A stretch of 64,000 nt of DNA from Leucoraja erinacea (lineage: Eukaryota). Position 1 is the first letter of the stretch; the number at the start of each line of letters is the position of its first letter. Positions 23,781-36,265 of the stretch are shown piece after piece. A model generated the notes under the pieces. The model saw only the letters and a list, made by a program, of their open reading frames with translations, did no database searches and was not told the DNA's origin. The stretch spans positions 8,246,001 through 8,310,000 of the forward strand of contig NC_073414.1 in the NCBI RefSeq assembly GCF_028641065.1, read 5' to 3'. Position numbers and translations under genes: made by a program.

Positions 23781-24507
23781 GCTCCTGCTCCACGTCCGAT
23801 GCAGATGCCTCGGTTGTATTTGAGTGCAGAAAGTCAAGGGAGACAGAAACATAAAAACATAGAAAATAGGCGCAGGAGTAGGCCATTCGGCCCTTCGAGC
23901 CAGCACCGCTATTCAATATGATCATGGCTGATCCTACCCCTTCCTGCTTTCTCCCCCATATCCCTCGATATTCAACGAGAGGTGCAGGGTATAATGGATT
24001 GGGGAAACAGAGGCTAACATTGGCATGGGGTTTGACAGGGCAGAGAGAGATGTAAGATATCGCAGGGAGAGGGGCGGGGATGTGACAGAACCCTCGTCTG
24101 ACCAGAGAGTGGTTCTGATCTGGAGCTCTCTGTCTGTGGAGCTGCTGGACACTACCTCCAACGGGAGCTTGGAAAGGAGTTGGAGGGGATTGAATTGGGA
24201 GAGCAATGGGGAAAGAGGGCAGAATGGGGAATGCATGTGGCTGTATGGGTCTCGATGGGCTGAATGGCCTCCTTGTTTGCACTGTGATTTTCCATCAACA
24301 TGTAGGTTGCAGATTGTGAGTGGTCGCCCACCTTAACCACAGGGCGGGGATTCAATGAACCTCACATATACCTGGGTAATGTGGAATTATTTGATTTTGC
24401 ATATAATCCGGTAAAGCTCTGATGGGAGTTATATTGAATTGAGACAGGGTTGATTGTTGAAGAGATTCCCCCCCCCCATTATTTGGGTATCAAACATGAA
24501 TACAATT

Positions 24508-25238
24508 GAACAGAGGGATCTGGGTATAACCGTGCATAGTTCCTTGAAGGTGGAATCTCATATAGATAGGGTGGTAAAGAAAGCTTTTGGTATGCTGGCC
24601 TTTATAAATCAGAGCATTGAGTATAGAAGCTGGGATGTAATGTTAAAATTGTACAAGGCATTGGTGAGGCCAAATCTGGAGTATGGTGTACAATTTTGGT
24701 CGCCAAATTATAGGAAGGATGTCAACAAAATAGAGAGAGTACAGAGGAGATTTACTAGAATGTTGCCTGGGTTTCAGCAACTAAGTTACAGAGAAAGGTT
24801 GAACAAGTTAGGGCTTTATTCTTTGGAGCGCAGAAGGTTAAGGGGGGACCTGATAGAGGTCTTTAAAATGATGAGAGGGATAGACAGAGTTGATGTGGAC
24901 AAGCTTTTCCCTTTGAGAATAGGGAAGATTCAAACAAGAGGGCATGACTTCAGAATTAAGGGACAGAAGTTTAGGGGTAATATGAGGGGGAACTTCTTTA
25001 CGCAGAGAGTGGTGGCGGTGTGGAATGAGCTCCCAGTGGAAGTGGTGGAGGCAGGTTCATTGGTATCATTTAAAAATAAATTGGATAGGCATATGGATGA
25101 GAAGGGAATGGAGGGTTATGGTACGAGTGCAGGCAGGTGGGACTAAGGGGAAAAAAATTTGTTCGGCATGGACTTGTAGGGCCGAGATGGCCTGTTTCCG
25201 TGCTGTAATTGTTATATGGTTATATGTTATATGGTTAT
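24508..25238 (+). mobile_element. CR1/HER1-type LINE 3' fragment with uninterrupted RT C-terminal frame
   Basis: ORF 'EQRDLGITVHSSLK...LVRPNLEYGVQFWSP...FFTQRVVAVWNELP' runs to a stop at 25146; (gttatatg)n tail. Confidence 0.92.
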
Positions 25239-25970
25239 GAAAGGGCTTAGTTATATGGTGACAGGGATGAGTTTTATCTCATGTTCATACATTATAGGAG
25301 CAGAATTAGGCCATTTGGCCCATTGGGTTCTTCCTATCATTCATTCGTGGCTGATCTATCTATCCCTCTCATTGAGTCATAGAGTTATACAGTGCGCAAA
25401 CAGGCCCAATTCGCCCACACCAGCTAACATATCCCAGCTACACTCCTCCCACCTGCCCATATCCCTCCAAACATGTCCTATCGATGTACCTGTCTAACTG
25501 TTTCTTAAACGTTGGGATAGTCCCAGCCTCAACTGCCTCCTCTGGCAGCTTGTTCCATACACCCACCACCCTCTGTGTGAAAAAGTTACCCTTCAGATTC
25601 CTATTAAATCTTTTCCCCTTCACCTTGAACCTGTGTCCTCTGGTCCTCGATTCCCCTACTCTGGGGCAAGAGGCTCTGTGGATCTACCCGATCTATTCCT
25701 CTCATGATTCTCAACGCCATTCTCCCCAAATTAAAATCATCTTTTCCTCTAATCCTATTTTACAGAGGATCGGAGGGATAAGTTTTCCACGGAGAGACGT
25801 GGAATTCGCTACCAGAGGAAGTGGCGGAGTCAGATACAATCGGAATGTTGAAGAGACAATTAGAAAGGCATTTAAATGAGCAGGGCTTCGAAGGATAGAT
25901 ACAAAATGCTGGAGTAACTCAGCGGGTCAGACTGTGCCTCTGGAGAAAATGGATGGGTGACGTTTTGGAT

Positions 25971-26730
25971 CATAGAAACATAGAAATTAGGTGCAGGAGT
26001 AGGCCATTCGGCCCTTCGAGCCTGCACCGCTATTCAATATGATCATGGCTGATCATCCAACTCAGTATCCTGTACCTGCCTTCTCTCCATACCCCCTGAT
26101 CCCCTTAGCCACAAGGGCCACATCTAACTCCCTCTTAAATATAGCCAATGAACTGGCCTCAACTACCCTCTGTGGCAGAGAGTTCCAGAGATTCGCCACT
26201 CTCTGTGTGAAAAAAGTTCTCCTCATCTCGGTTTTAAAGGATTTCCCCCTTATCCTTAAGCTGTGACCCCTTGTCCTGGACTTCCCCAACATCAGGAACA
26301 ATCTTCCTGCATCTAGCCTGTCCAACCCCTTAAGAATTTTGTAAGTTTCTATAAGATCCCCTCTCAATCTCCTAAATTCTAGAGAGTATAAACCAAGTCT
26401 ATCCAGTCTTTCTTCATAAGACAGTCCTGACATCCCAGGAATCAGTCTGGTGAACCTTCTCTGCACTCCCTCTATGGCAATAATGTCCTTCCTCAGATTT
26501 GGAGACCAAAACTGCACGCAATACTCCCAGGTGTGGTCTCACCAAGACCCTGTACAACTGCAGTAGAACCTCCCTGCTCCTATACTCAAATCCTCTTGCT
26601 ATGAAAGCCAACATACCATTCACTTTCTTTACTGCCTGCTGCACCTGCATGCCTACCTTCAATGACTGGTGTACCATGACACCCAGGTCTCGCTGCATCT
26701 CCCCCTTTCCCAATCGGCCACCATTTAGAT
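25971..26730 (-). mobile_element. CR1/HER1-type LINE 3' fragment
   Basis: Minus ORFs 26414-26713 and 26062-26517 encode a CR1 RT C-terminus with one frameshift. Confidence 0.92.
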
Positions 26731-28926
26731 AATAAATCTAAAGATTAGAAGGGGCAGAACCCTTCAGACTGGAATGGATGGGGGGGGGAGGGAGGAGTGG
26801 GGAGAAAGTATAACCAAGATAAGACCAGGACAAATTGGGGCCAGCAATGGATAACCTCAGACAGGATAGTTTCCTGAAGGGCTGATTGTTGACAGGGGAT
26901 AGTGTGATTCCAAGATGGATTCATCTTGGTGCGAACTGTGGAACTGGTGAAACACCTTCTACGTACACTCCCCACTCGTCTCCCCTCACTTTCTCCTCGG
27001 GGGTGGGGGGTGGGGAGGGTGGAGGAAAATGGTGTGAGTATAGAGGGGAGTGGATGTGGAAGTCAGTGAACCAGTTCCACAGTCTCCCAACCCACCATAT
27101 CATCAGTCTGAAGAAGGGTCCCGACCCAAAACGTCATCTATTCCTTTTCTCCAGAGACGCTGCCTTTGTTTTCCTCCCCTCCCCCTTGCTGAGTCACTCC
27201 AGCAGTTTCCTCCTCCTCCCCCCCCCCCCCCACACAGCTGAGTCACTCGAGCAGTTTCCTCTCCCCCCCCCCCACACACACACACACACAGCTGAGTCAC
27301 ACCAGCAATTTGTGTCCATCTCTGATATAAACAAGCATCTGCAGTTCATTTTCATTACTAAGGATGAGAAGGATTTAGTCTCAGGTAAGCGGGATTAGTG
27401 TCAATGGGCAAAAGGGTTAGCATGGACAATATGGGCCGAAGGGCATCTTAATGCCACTTAATGTAAGAAACCCTCGATGTATGAAATCCAAGCAGTGACA
27501 GGGAGAATGTGCAAACTCCACACAGACAGTACCGGAGGTTAGGGTTGATGCAGCGTTGAAGTAGCAGCACTACCTGCTGTGCCTCAGAGCCGCTATTAAA
27601 AACCTTCTGTAATCTTTGCTGTACCTCCCTATCGCACGAGGGTTAAGCATCTTTGGTTTGAACACATTGATAAAATCAGAAACCATTCACCCATTGATAG
27701 ACACAAACAATGCTGGAGTAACTCAGCGGGACAGGCAGCATCTCTGGAGAGAAGGAATGGACGACGTGAATATTTTCCTTATACCCTTCCATATCTAGTT
27801 CCCCTCTCACCTGACTCTCAGTCTGAAGAAGGGTCTCGACCCAAAACGTCACCCATTCCTTCTCTCCAAAGATGATGCTGTCTGTCCCGCTGAGTCACTC
27901 CAACATTTTGTGTCTCTTTTGATTCTTGATTGGTGTGAGTGTCAGGGGTTATGGGGAGAAGGCAGGTGTTAGGTGGGAGAGATAGATCAGCCATGATCGA
28001 ATGGCGGAGGAGACTTGATGGGCTGAATGGCCTAATTCTGCTCCTATCACATATGAACGGTCTTTGGTGTTAAGCAGCATCTATAGTTCCTACCTACACC
28101 AGTCACCCATTAAGTCTCTGACATCTCTCAGCACTCTATACTGAAGCTCGCAGCACTGGTATAATAAAACATATATTAATACTGATATTTACAATAAAGA
28201 ACTTGAGAAGTTTATACATTCTTTGACAAATTTGTTATCAATTATACTTCATTTAAAAAATCACCCTCCCCCAAATATACAGTGTTCCCAGCTATCAAGA
28301 ATTAACAGAGGGTCTAATTAAAAAGGACAGAAGTTTCTTTTCACATACACGTTGGACATTGTTTCTAGAGAACGGTTCCATTTTGTATCCCTGGATAGAC
28401 TCATAATGCTGGAGTAACTCAGCGGGATGGGCAGCATCTCTGGAGAGAAGGAATGGGTGACGTTTTGGGCTGAGACCCTTCTTCAGACCTTGGATACCTC
28501 TGCGGACACAACAACGGAAACAACATGGGACATTTTGAAGGATTAAAAAAATAAATTATTGGCATAAAATATAGTGTAGGTCAGAGTCTCTTGCCCATAG
28601 TAGGGGAATCGAGGACCAGAGGACAGGTTTAAGATGAAGGGGGAAAGATGTAATCGGAATATGAGGGGTAACTTTTTCACACACAGGAGCAGAGGTGGGT
28701 GTATGGAACGAGCTGCCAGAGGAGGTAGCCGAGGCTGGGACTATCCCAACGGTTAAGAAACAATTAGACAGGTACATGGATAGGACAGGTTTAGAGGGAT
28801 ATGGACCAAACGCAGGCAGGTGGGACTAGTGTGGATGGGACATGTTGGACAGTGTGGGCAAGTTGGGCCGAAGGGCCTGTTTCCACGCTGTACGACTGAC
28901 TATGAGGTTGAAAATACAAACAAGTA

Positions 28927-29236
28927 CAGGTACACCACCGATTTTCCCGGCCACTGGTTGTCCAGCCCCATGTGGACAAATCCGGACAAGGTTACGAGAG
29001 CGCACTTGGAAATGTGGCGCCTCGGCCGGGTTCTCGACCTCATCAGGACTTCCGCGGTCGATCGGCGGGTCGGATTTGCCCCCTGCGGCCGGGGCAGTGG
29101 AACTCCGGCCCGGCTGGAGCTGGCAGATCCGAGCCGGCTTCCGAGGCCGACTTTGCATTGACCTCTGTTGGTCGGACAAAACGGATAATATGGCATAACT
29201 GGAAACAAGGGTGCAGGAAAATCAGTGGTGAACCTA
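28927..29236. mobile_element. Tc1/mariner-superfamily MITE
   Basis: Imperfect TIRs caggtacaccaccgattttcc / ggaaaatcagtggtgaaccta, preceded by TA. Confidence 0.6.
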
Positions 29237-29387
29237 CATTATATATATAGTATATTGATTTTATAGTACACTGATTTTATATTGTATAGTATTGTATATT
29301 GATAGTATAATGATTTTATAGTACACTGATATATAGTTCTCTGATTTTCCGGCACCCTTGCTTCCAGAGTATGTGTATATATATGTT

Positions 29388-29432
<45 letters not shown>

Positions 29433-30354
29433 ATATATACATACTCTGGAACCAAGGGTGCCGNNNNNNNNNNNNNNNNNNNNNNNNNNNNNNNNNNNNN
29501 NNNNNNNNNNNNNNNNNNNNNNNNNNNNNNNNNNNNNNNNNNNNNNNNNNNNNNNNNNNNNNNNNNNNNNNNNNNNNNNNNNNNNNNNNNNNNNNNNNNN
29601 NNNNNNNNNNNNNNNNNNNNNNNNNNNNNNNNNNNNNNNNNNNNNNNNNNNNNNNNNNNNNNNNNNNNNNNNNNNNNNNNNNNNNNNNNNNNNNNNNNNN
29701 NNNNNNNNNNNNNNNNNNNNNNNNNNNNNNNNNNGCCGGAAAATCAGTGTNNNNNNNNNNNNNNNNNNNNNNNNNNNNNNNNNNNNNNNNNNNNNNNNNN
29801 NNNNNNNNNNNNNNNNNNNNNNNNNNNNNNNNNNNNNNNNNNNNNNNNNNNNNNNNNNNNNNNNNNNNNNNNNNNNNNNNNNNNNNNNNNNNNNNNNNNN
29901 NNNNNNNNNNNNNNNNNNNNNNNNNNNNNNNNNNNNNNNNNNNNATAAATACATACATATAGCCCTCCCTCACTTTATCAAACCAATTAACCTACAAACC
30001 TCCAGCATTTTTATCTACCTTCGATTTTCCAGCATCTGCAGTTCCTTTTTAAACCTACAAACCTGTACGTCTTTGGAGTGTGGGAGGAAACTGAAGATCT
30101 CGGAGAAAACCCACCCAGGTCACGGGGAGAACGTGCAAACTCCGTACAGACAGCACCCGTAGTTGGGATCGAACCCGGGTGTCCGGCGCTGTAAGGCAGT
30201 AACAAAGATACTAGAGGTGTTCAAGCAGGAACTGCAGATGCTGGAAGATCGATGGTACACAACAAAGATACTAGAGGGGCAGCAACTGTACCACCGTGCT
30301 ACCCGCCCTGTAGTTCCTTGCGCCTCGCCGGAGACACAATGTTGCCCCTTCTCC

Positions 30355-30400
30355 ATCATTGGTAGCCACCATTAATAGCCAATGAGAAATTAAATAATAG
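30355..30400 (+). promoter_or_regulatory. Putative promoter of thioredoxin-like gene 1 (two CCAAT boxes plus AT-rich TATA-like element)
   Basis: ATTGG at 30358, AGCCAATGAG at 30377, and aattaaataatag at 30388, about 90-130 bp upstream of the ATG. Confidence 0.45.
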
Positions 30401-30485
30401 CGGTTGACGCGGCTTGTCGTCAGAATGGGTTAGGAGTTGAGAGCGGCGTCAGTGGGTGGGATCCGGAGGCGGGGAAGAAGCAGCA

Positions 30486-30803
30486 ATGGTGGTGAAACAT
30501 GTAGTGGACGCCAAGCAGCTCCAGCACCTGTTCAGCCAGACCGAGAACCTGGTGGCGGTCATGTACTCTGCCGAGTGGTGCAACAACTGCCGCATGATCC
30601 GCCCGCACTTCTACAACCTGGCCGAGCAGATGCCCAACGTGACCTTCGTGGAGGTGGACGTGGACGACGCCGAGCCGCTGGCCCGCTCGGCCGGCATCAC
30701 CTGCATGCCCACCTTCCACTTCTTCAAGCGCTCCACCAAGATGGGCGAGTTCTCGGGGACCAAGAGGGACAAGCTGGAACATCTGATCGATGAGCTGCAG
30801 TGA
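30486..30803 (+). CDS. Intronless thioredoxin-like protein 1 (105 aa, WCNNC)
   Basis: Colinear with vertebrate cytosolic TXN over its full length (W-CxxC..I.P.F..L....NV.F.EVDVDD...CMPTF.FFK...K.GEFSG..K.KLE..I.EL). Kozak gcaATGG. Intact stop. AATAAA at 30924. Confidence 0.9.
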   Translation: MVVKHVVDAKQLQHLFSQTENLVAVMYSAEWCNNCRMIRPHFYNLAEQMPNVTFVEVDVDDAEPLARSAGITCMPTFHFFKRSTKMGEFSGTKRDKLEHLIDELQ

Positions 30804-30989
30804 GCGGCCTGTTAAAACACTTGGGAGGGTTTTGGGTGGGGGGGTGGGGTGGGGGAGTGAAAAACAAAGAAAGGAAAAAAGAATTAAACTGAGGTTTGTC
30901 TGCCTTGTGTAGAAAAGCCCCAGAATAAATAAACCCACAACTAAAAGAATTGCAACCCGTGAAGGTCTTCTTCAGGCAAAATATCTTGA

Positions 30990-31268
30990 CATGTTCAAGA
31001 AGGAACTGCAGGTGCTAGCAGAATCCAAGGTAGACAAAAATGCTGGAGAAACTCAGCGGGTGAGGCAGCATCTATGGAGCGAAGGAAATAGGCAACGTTT
31101 CAGGTCAAAACACTTCTTCAGACTTGATGTGTTTCCGTCTGAAGAAGGGTCTCGCCCCAAAACATCGCCTATTTCCTTCGCTCCATAGATGCTGCCTCAC
31201 CCGCTGAGTTTCTCCAGCATTTTTGTCTACCTTTGTTTAAACCAGCATCTGCAGTTCCTTCCTACACA
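30990..31268. mobile_element. Palindromic pair of Penelope terminal repeats
   Basis: 'aaggaactgcag..ctcagcgggtgaggcagcatc..cttcttcagac' followed by its reverse complement; flanked by the repeated tatcttga. Confidence 0.7.
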
Positions 31269-31584
31269 AAGTATCTTGATGTTTGAGGAGCTATGAAGAT
31301 GGACACAAAATGCTGGAGTAACTCAGAGGGACAGGCTGGGAGAACTCAAGAGAGAAGGGATGGATGGGTGACAATTTGGGTCGAGACCTTGGTTTACTAA
31401 AAAAAACAAGCATATGGTGCAGGAGTAACTGGTCTCCCAACACCATCTCTCTCAATTACTATCCCTCTGTGATTCCCACTACTTTCCTGCTCTTCGATCA
31501 ACTCGGAGATGAGGAAAAACGTTTTCACACCCAGAGAGTTGTGAATCTGTAATTCTCTGCCGCAGAAGGCAGTGGAGGCTTTTA

Positions 31585-32440
31585 AGGCCCTGTCCCACTT
31601 TCCCGAGTTACATAGAAAATAGGTGCAGGACTAGGCCATTCGGCCCTTCGAGCTTGCACCGCCATTCAATGTGATCATGGCTGATCATCCCCAATCTGTA
31701 CCCCGTTCCTGCCTTCTCTCCATATCTCCTGACTCCACTATCTTTAAGAGCCCTATCTAGCTCTCTCTTGAAAACACCCTGAGAGGCAGAGAATTCCACA
31801 GCCAAATCCGCCATTCAATCGTGGCTGATCTATCTATCTTTGCCTTAAAAATATCCATTGACTTGGCCTCCACAGCCTTAGAAACATAGAAACATAGAAA
31901 ATAGGTGCAGGAGAAGGCCATTCGGCCCTTCGAGCTTGCACCGTCATTCAATATGATCATGGCTGATCATCCAACTCAGTATCCTGCACCTGCCTTCTTC
32001 TCCATACCCCCTGATCCCTATAGCCACAAGGGCCACAACTAACTCCCTCTTAAATATAGCCAATGAACTGGCCTCAACTACCTTCTGTGGCAGAGTATTC
32101 CAGAGATTCACCACTCTCTGTGTGAAAAATGTTTTTCTCATCTCGGTCCTAAAAGATTTCCCCCTTATCCATAAACTATGACCCCTTGTTCTGGACTTCC
32201 CCAACATCGGGAACAATCTTCCTGCATCCTACTCACGTATTCTCCCGAGTTTTCCCCTTGATTCAAACTCGGAGAATTACGGTAAAAACCAGCCGTAGGT
32301 ACCCAAGGCTATTTTGTTGTACTCGTGGACATTTTTCAACATGCTGAAAAAACGTCCCGACTTTACCCGATGCCCCGAGTACCAACGGCTGGCATTACGA
32401 GCTGCTACAAAATATCTACGGCCTCCTACGGACTCTTTGG
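31585..32440. mobile_element. PIF/Harbinger-like MITE interrupted by CR1 fragments
   Basis: Terminus aggccctgtcccact; internal 'ttctcccgagttttccccttgattcaaactc' resumes at ~32230, as in the copy at 42651. Confidence 0.6.
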
Positions 32441-32924
32441 GCTAAGGGAAGCAAGGGATATGGGGGGGAATGCCGGAAAAGGGTACTGATTCTGCATTGA
32501 CTGGCGGTGCTGGCTCGAAGGCGGTGCACCTACTTTCTATGTTTCTATGTCCTGACCTCCAGAGATGCTGCCAGACCCTGTGAGTTACTCCAGCACTGTG
32601 TGTCTTTTGATGTGTGAGCATCAGCAGTTGTTGCCCACTGATGGAATCACCAAGGGTTATTGATGGTGGGCGACATCTTGAATACAATTGTGGGCGTTTT
32701 GGTTCAGTCCTGTGACCTCCTTAGCCAATGTAAGAATCAATGGTTTTGATTTACGGGTGACAACCGGTATGTTGAAAGGATGAGAGACTTAAATACTAGT
32801 ACTTGTGTTTTTTTTAAAGAAAATTTTGAAATGAAAGAAAAGTGCTGTCATGAACTGAAATGAAAGAAAAAGCAAGTCAGCCACATTCTCAGGAGGCAGA
32901 CTCAACAATAACTAAAAAGTTTCT

Positions 32925-33235
32925 CCAAAATCCACAAACTTGACTGTCCTGGCAGACCCATTGTTTCTGCCTGTTCGTGTCCCACTGAACTTATTTCCAC
33001 ATACCTCGACTCCATCCTATCCCCCCTGGTTAAATCCCTCCCCACCTATGCTCAAGACACCTCCCATCTACTCCATGACATCCGTTTTCCAGGCCCCCAT
33101 TCCCTCATCTTCACCACGGATGTCCAGTCACTCTACACCTCCATCCCCCACCAGGAGGGTCTTAAGGCCCTCCGATTATTCCTCGACCGCAGAACCAACC
33201 AATCCCCGTCTACTGATACTCTCCTCCGCCTAGCG
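32925..33235 (+). mobile_element. Penelope-like reverse transcriptase fragment
   Basis: Reads 'KIHKLDCPGRPIVSACSCPTELISTYLDSILSPLVKSLPTY', then 'IFTTDVQSLYTSIPHQEGLKAL'; these are PLE RT motifs (KIHK...RPIVS, DV.SLYT.IP). Confidence 0.8.
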
Positions 33236-34142
33236 GAAAAAAAAAGATTTCCCAGCATCTGCAGTTCCTTCTTAAACACTGTAACTAAATTGTTAACTGC
33301 TTCCTCCAGGACAAGGGGTCACAGCTTAAGGATAAGGGGGAAATCCTTTAAAACCGAGATGAGAAGAACTTTTTTCACACAGAGAGTGGTGAATCTCTGG
33401 AACTCTCTGCCGCAGAGGGTAGTCGAGGCCAGTTCATTGGCTATATTTAAGAGGGAGTTAGATGTGGCCCTTGTGGCTAAAGGGGATCAGGGGGTATGGA
33501 GAGAAGGCAGGTACAGGATACTGAGTTGGATGATCAGCCATGATCATATTGAATGGCGGTGCAGGCTCGAAGGGCCGAATGGCCTACTCCTGCACCTAAT
33601 TTCTATGTTTCTATGTTTCTTAATACACAGAATGCTGCTTGACCTGTTGAGGACTTTGTATTTGTGATACAGTGTGGAAACAGGCCCTTCAGCCCAACCT
33701 GCCCACATCGGCCAACATGTCCCATCTACACTAGTCCCAACTGCCCACGTTTGGTCCATATCCCTCCAAACCTGTCCTATCCATGTACCTATCTAACTGT
33801 TTCGTAAATGTTAGGATAGTCCCTTGCCTCAACTACTTCCTCTGGCAGCTTGTTCCATACACCCACTACCCTTTGAGTGAGAGTTATCCCTCAGATTCCT
33901 ATTAAAATGTTAGTAGGCATAGAGTTATGCAGCACAGAAACAGGCCCTTCAGCACAACCATGCCGACCTCGATGCTTCATCTACACTAGTCCTACCTGCC
34001 TGTGCTTGGCCCATATATCCGTCTAAACCTTATCATGTCCATGTACTTGTCCAAATATCTATCCAACTGTCTGAAGAAGGGTCTCGACACGAAACATTAC
34101 TCGTTCCTTTTCACCAGAGATGTTCCCTGACCCGCTGAGTTA

Positions 34143-34412
34143 AGGGTCTGTCCCACTGTACGAAGTAATTCAAGAGTTCTCCCGAGTTTCCCCTGATTCG
34201 AACTCGGGAGAATTACGGGAATAGCCGGCCGTAGGTACTCGGAGCTCTCGTGGACATTTTTCAACATGTTGAAAAATCTCCACGAGACTTCACGAGCTTA
34301 CCGTTTCCCCAGTGTCTGCCATTAGCGTTATAAGCCGCTAAGAGACGTCCCCGAGCACCGACGTACCCGCTACGTACATTCTACGTGCTTCCAGGAGTTT
34401 GATTTTTTTTTA
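34143..34412. mobile_element. PIF/Harbinger-like MITE (partial)
   Basis: Terminus agggtctgtcccact; the body is the reverse complement of 42804-43130. Confidence 0.6.
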
Positions 34413-36265
34413 AATTTTGTTCTATATGTCAACCACCCTCTGTGTACAAACCCTTCTTCTCAGGTTCCTGTTAAATCGTTCTATAATTTCAAAAATCTAC
34501 AATTTCTTTTAAAAATCTATGATTGTTTGATAACCGTATAGTATGGATTATAGAAGAGATTAGGAATAGGTCTGAATTTTGTTCACATTCCCAGAAGGTC
34601 CCAATGTATACTTTCCGCAGTGGTTTGTCTATCAGAAGTGAATGCCAATCCAAAAAAATCTAGACCAGTAATTAAGCCATGTTGAGTAGAAATCAAAAAC
34701 TACAGGTGCTGGAAATTTAACTACAGATTTGGCCCGACCTGAGAATATTTCCAGCATTGCTGAGAGAATGGAGCAGCTGGGCTTGTACACTCTGGAGTTT
34801 AGAAGGATGAGAGGAAATCTCATTGAAACATATAAGATTGTTAAGGGCTTGGACATGCTAGAGGCAGGAAACATGTTCCCGATGTTGGGGGAGTCCAGAA
34901 CCAGGGGCCACACAGTTTAAGAATAAGGGGTAAGCCAATTAGAACGGAGACGAGGAAACAATTTTTCTCACAGAGAGTGGTGAGTGTGGAATTCTCTGCC
35001 TCAGAGGGCGGTGGAGGCAGGTTCTCTGGATACTTTCAAGGGAGAGCTAGATAGGGCTCTTAAAAATAGCGGAGTCCGTGGATGAGGGGAGAAGGCAGGA
35101 ACGGGGTACTGATTGGGGATGATCAGCTGTGAACACATTGAATGGCGGTGCTGGCTCGAAGGGCCGAATGGCCTACTCCTGCACCTATTGTCTATTGTCT
35201 ATTATTTGAGGCATGTACTGCAACTCATCAATAACCGACTCTTTAATCTTGCCAACATTGAGGGACAGGTTATTGTCTTGACACATAGAGGATCTAATTG
35301 TCACACATACCTACAAGGGAACAATGAAACTCCTTCTTGCAGCAGCTTACGAACCTGTAAATGGAATAGTATGCAGATAATATGTCATCAAAAATATGAT
35401 AAATCAGTAACCATGTACTAGGTAACTCAGGTGCATGAACCAAAGTCCATGGTGCAACCAAGGACACTGTCCATGGAAGATTATGGCTGTTGAGGTTAGT
35501 GTTATGTAGTGTTCAAGACCCTTGCTGGCAAGGAGCCGTTCTTGAACCCGATGGTCAGGGTCCTGTAGTACATTCCCGATAGAAGGGGTGAAATGAGAAT
35601 ATGGCCAGGGTGGTGTGGACCTTTAGCCCAGTTAGTCCATACTGACTGTCAACCACTCATTCTCCTTAACTATTATCAGATTCCTGTAATGTCTCCCCTC
35701 TCACACACCAGGGGCAATTTGCAGTGTGCAATTCACCTGTGCATCTTTGGGGACATGGGAAGAAAACCAAAACAACGAGAGGAAACACTCACAGTCACAG
35801 GGAGAATATGCAAACTCCACACAGACAGCACTGGAGATCAGCATTGAACCCAGGTTACTGGAGCTGTGAGGCAGCAGCTGTGTTTTGACCCCACACACAG
35901 CTACCAACGGCCTGTTTCCTTTATCATCGTTACTTTTTTGCATATCTTTCATTCGTTATTCTTTATCTCTCCACATCATCGTCTGTATCTCTCGTTTCCC
36001 TTGTTTCTAACCAGTGTGAAGAAGGGTCTCAACCCGAAACGTCACCCATTCCTTCTTTCCAGAGATGCTGCCTGTCCCGCTGAGTTACTCCAGCTTTTTG
36101 TGTCTATCTTCGGTTTAAACCAGCATCTGCAGTTCCTTTTTATGCATTTTGTCGTGCCACTGTGCACTCCGAGACATTTAAATCCTATACACAGGAGCTC
36201 CACTACTAACCACTCCATTTGATCAGACCTTTTAGTTATCCCTTTCCAATATCTGCTTTGGCCGA

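Noticed and set aside
24454-25146. 230-aa uninterrupted ORF as a host gene
   Set aside because: It is the C-terminus of CR1 ORF2, has a non-ATG start and has many paralogous fragments in the window.
28163-28198. Two AATAAA as the poly(A) site of the aftiphilin-like gene
   Set aside because: Plausible, but 5 kb from the stop in AT-rich DNA; cannot be supported without transcripts.
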